Of a stretch of 16,878 nucleotides of DNA, positions 16,663-16,878 are shown one piece after another (position 1 is the first letter of the stretch; each line of letters begins with the position of its first letter). Location: positions 1 through 16,878 of the forward strand of contig JBDRRF010000073.1 in the NCBI GenBank assembly GCA_043825875.1. Direction: 5' to 3'. Source of the stretch: Pseudomonadota bacterium (GTDB lineage: Bacteria > Desulfobacterota > Desulfobacteria > Desulfobacterales > RPRI01). The notes under the pieces were generated by a model, which searched no databases, was not told the origin of the DNA, and was given only the letters and a program-made list of their open reading frames with translations. The position numbers and the translations under genes were made by a program.

Positions 16663-16692
16663 TTGACTGCAATCCGGGCAATATGCTATAAA
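16663..16692 (+). promoter_or_regulatory. Candidate sigma70 promoter reading into the terminal fold-back element
   Basis: TTGACT (16663-16668), 18-nt spacer ending TGC, TATAAA (16687-16692); AGGA and ATG (16714) follow. Confidence 0.5.
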
Positions 16693-16713
16693 AACTTGCT
16701 TAATTAGGAAAAA

Positions 16714-16869
16714 ATGAAGATATTTCTCATTATATATAGCCACTTTCAAAACGTTTCAGTTTGGTCAAGCTCAAGGCGGGAGAAAATTTCAACCACAGGA
16801 ATACATTTAGTATTTCGAGGATTGAAATTTGAGCCCAACGCAGAGATCGGCCAAAATGGGGCGTTTTGA
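16714..16869 (+). pseudogene. 51-codon ORF, probably a gene start interrupted by the fold-back element
   Basis: MKIFLIIY from host sequence, then SHFQNVSVWSSSRREKISTTGIHLVFRGLKFEPNAEIGQNGAF* read through the repeat; AGGA SD at 16706-16709. Confidence 0.35.
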
Positions 16870-16877
16870 AACTGGCT
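16738..16877. mobile_element. 140-bp imperfect palindromic (MITE/ERIC-like) element
   Basis: Terminal IR AGCCACTTTCAAAACG / CGTTTTGAAACTGGCT (15/16); internal arms TTTGGTC/GGCCAAA, AAATTTCAA/TTGAAATTT, GGAATAC/GTATTTC around loop ATTTA (16805-16809); preceded by a TA run. Confidence 0.75.
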
Positions 16878-16878
16878 C

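Noticed and set aside
16482..16691. 69-aa ORF
   Set aside because: Starts inside tRNA-Met and crosses its terminator.

Overview
AT-rich bacterial chromosome segment, most likely deltaproteobacterial (Desulfobacterales-like, inferred from protein sequence style and gene order). It is mostly housekeeping. On the + strand are carD/cdnL and rluD. On the - strand are serA, a DUF1844-like gene, a Do/DegQ protease and the conserved ispE-tRNA(Gln)-prs-rplY-pth cluster. A TIGR01212 (YhcC/YtqA-MnmL-type) radical SAM gene is divergent from mnmG. These are followed by a class B DnaJ, hpt, a 668-aa ZitP-like protein (zinc ribbon / acidic repeats / TM / DUF3426-like) and an elongator tRNA-Met. The unusual signals cluster at the edges and between genes. 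At the right edge, a 140-bp fold-back element (16738-16877) appears inserted at a TA run into the start of a promoter- and RBS-bearing ORF, just downstream of a tRNA-Met flank resembling a relic integration site. At the left edge is a probable IS630-like element end. Two GC-rich hairpins sharing TCGGCGGCA flank carD, and several promoters lack the -7 T. I see no CRISPR array, defence island or clearly new multi-gene system. All family calls come from motif recognition, not database searches.
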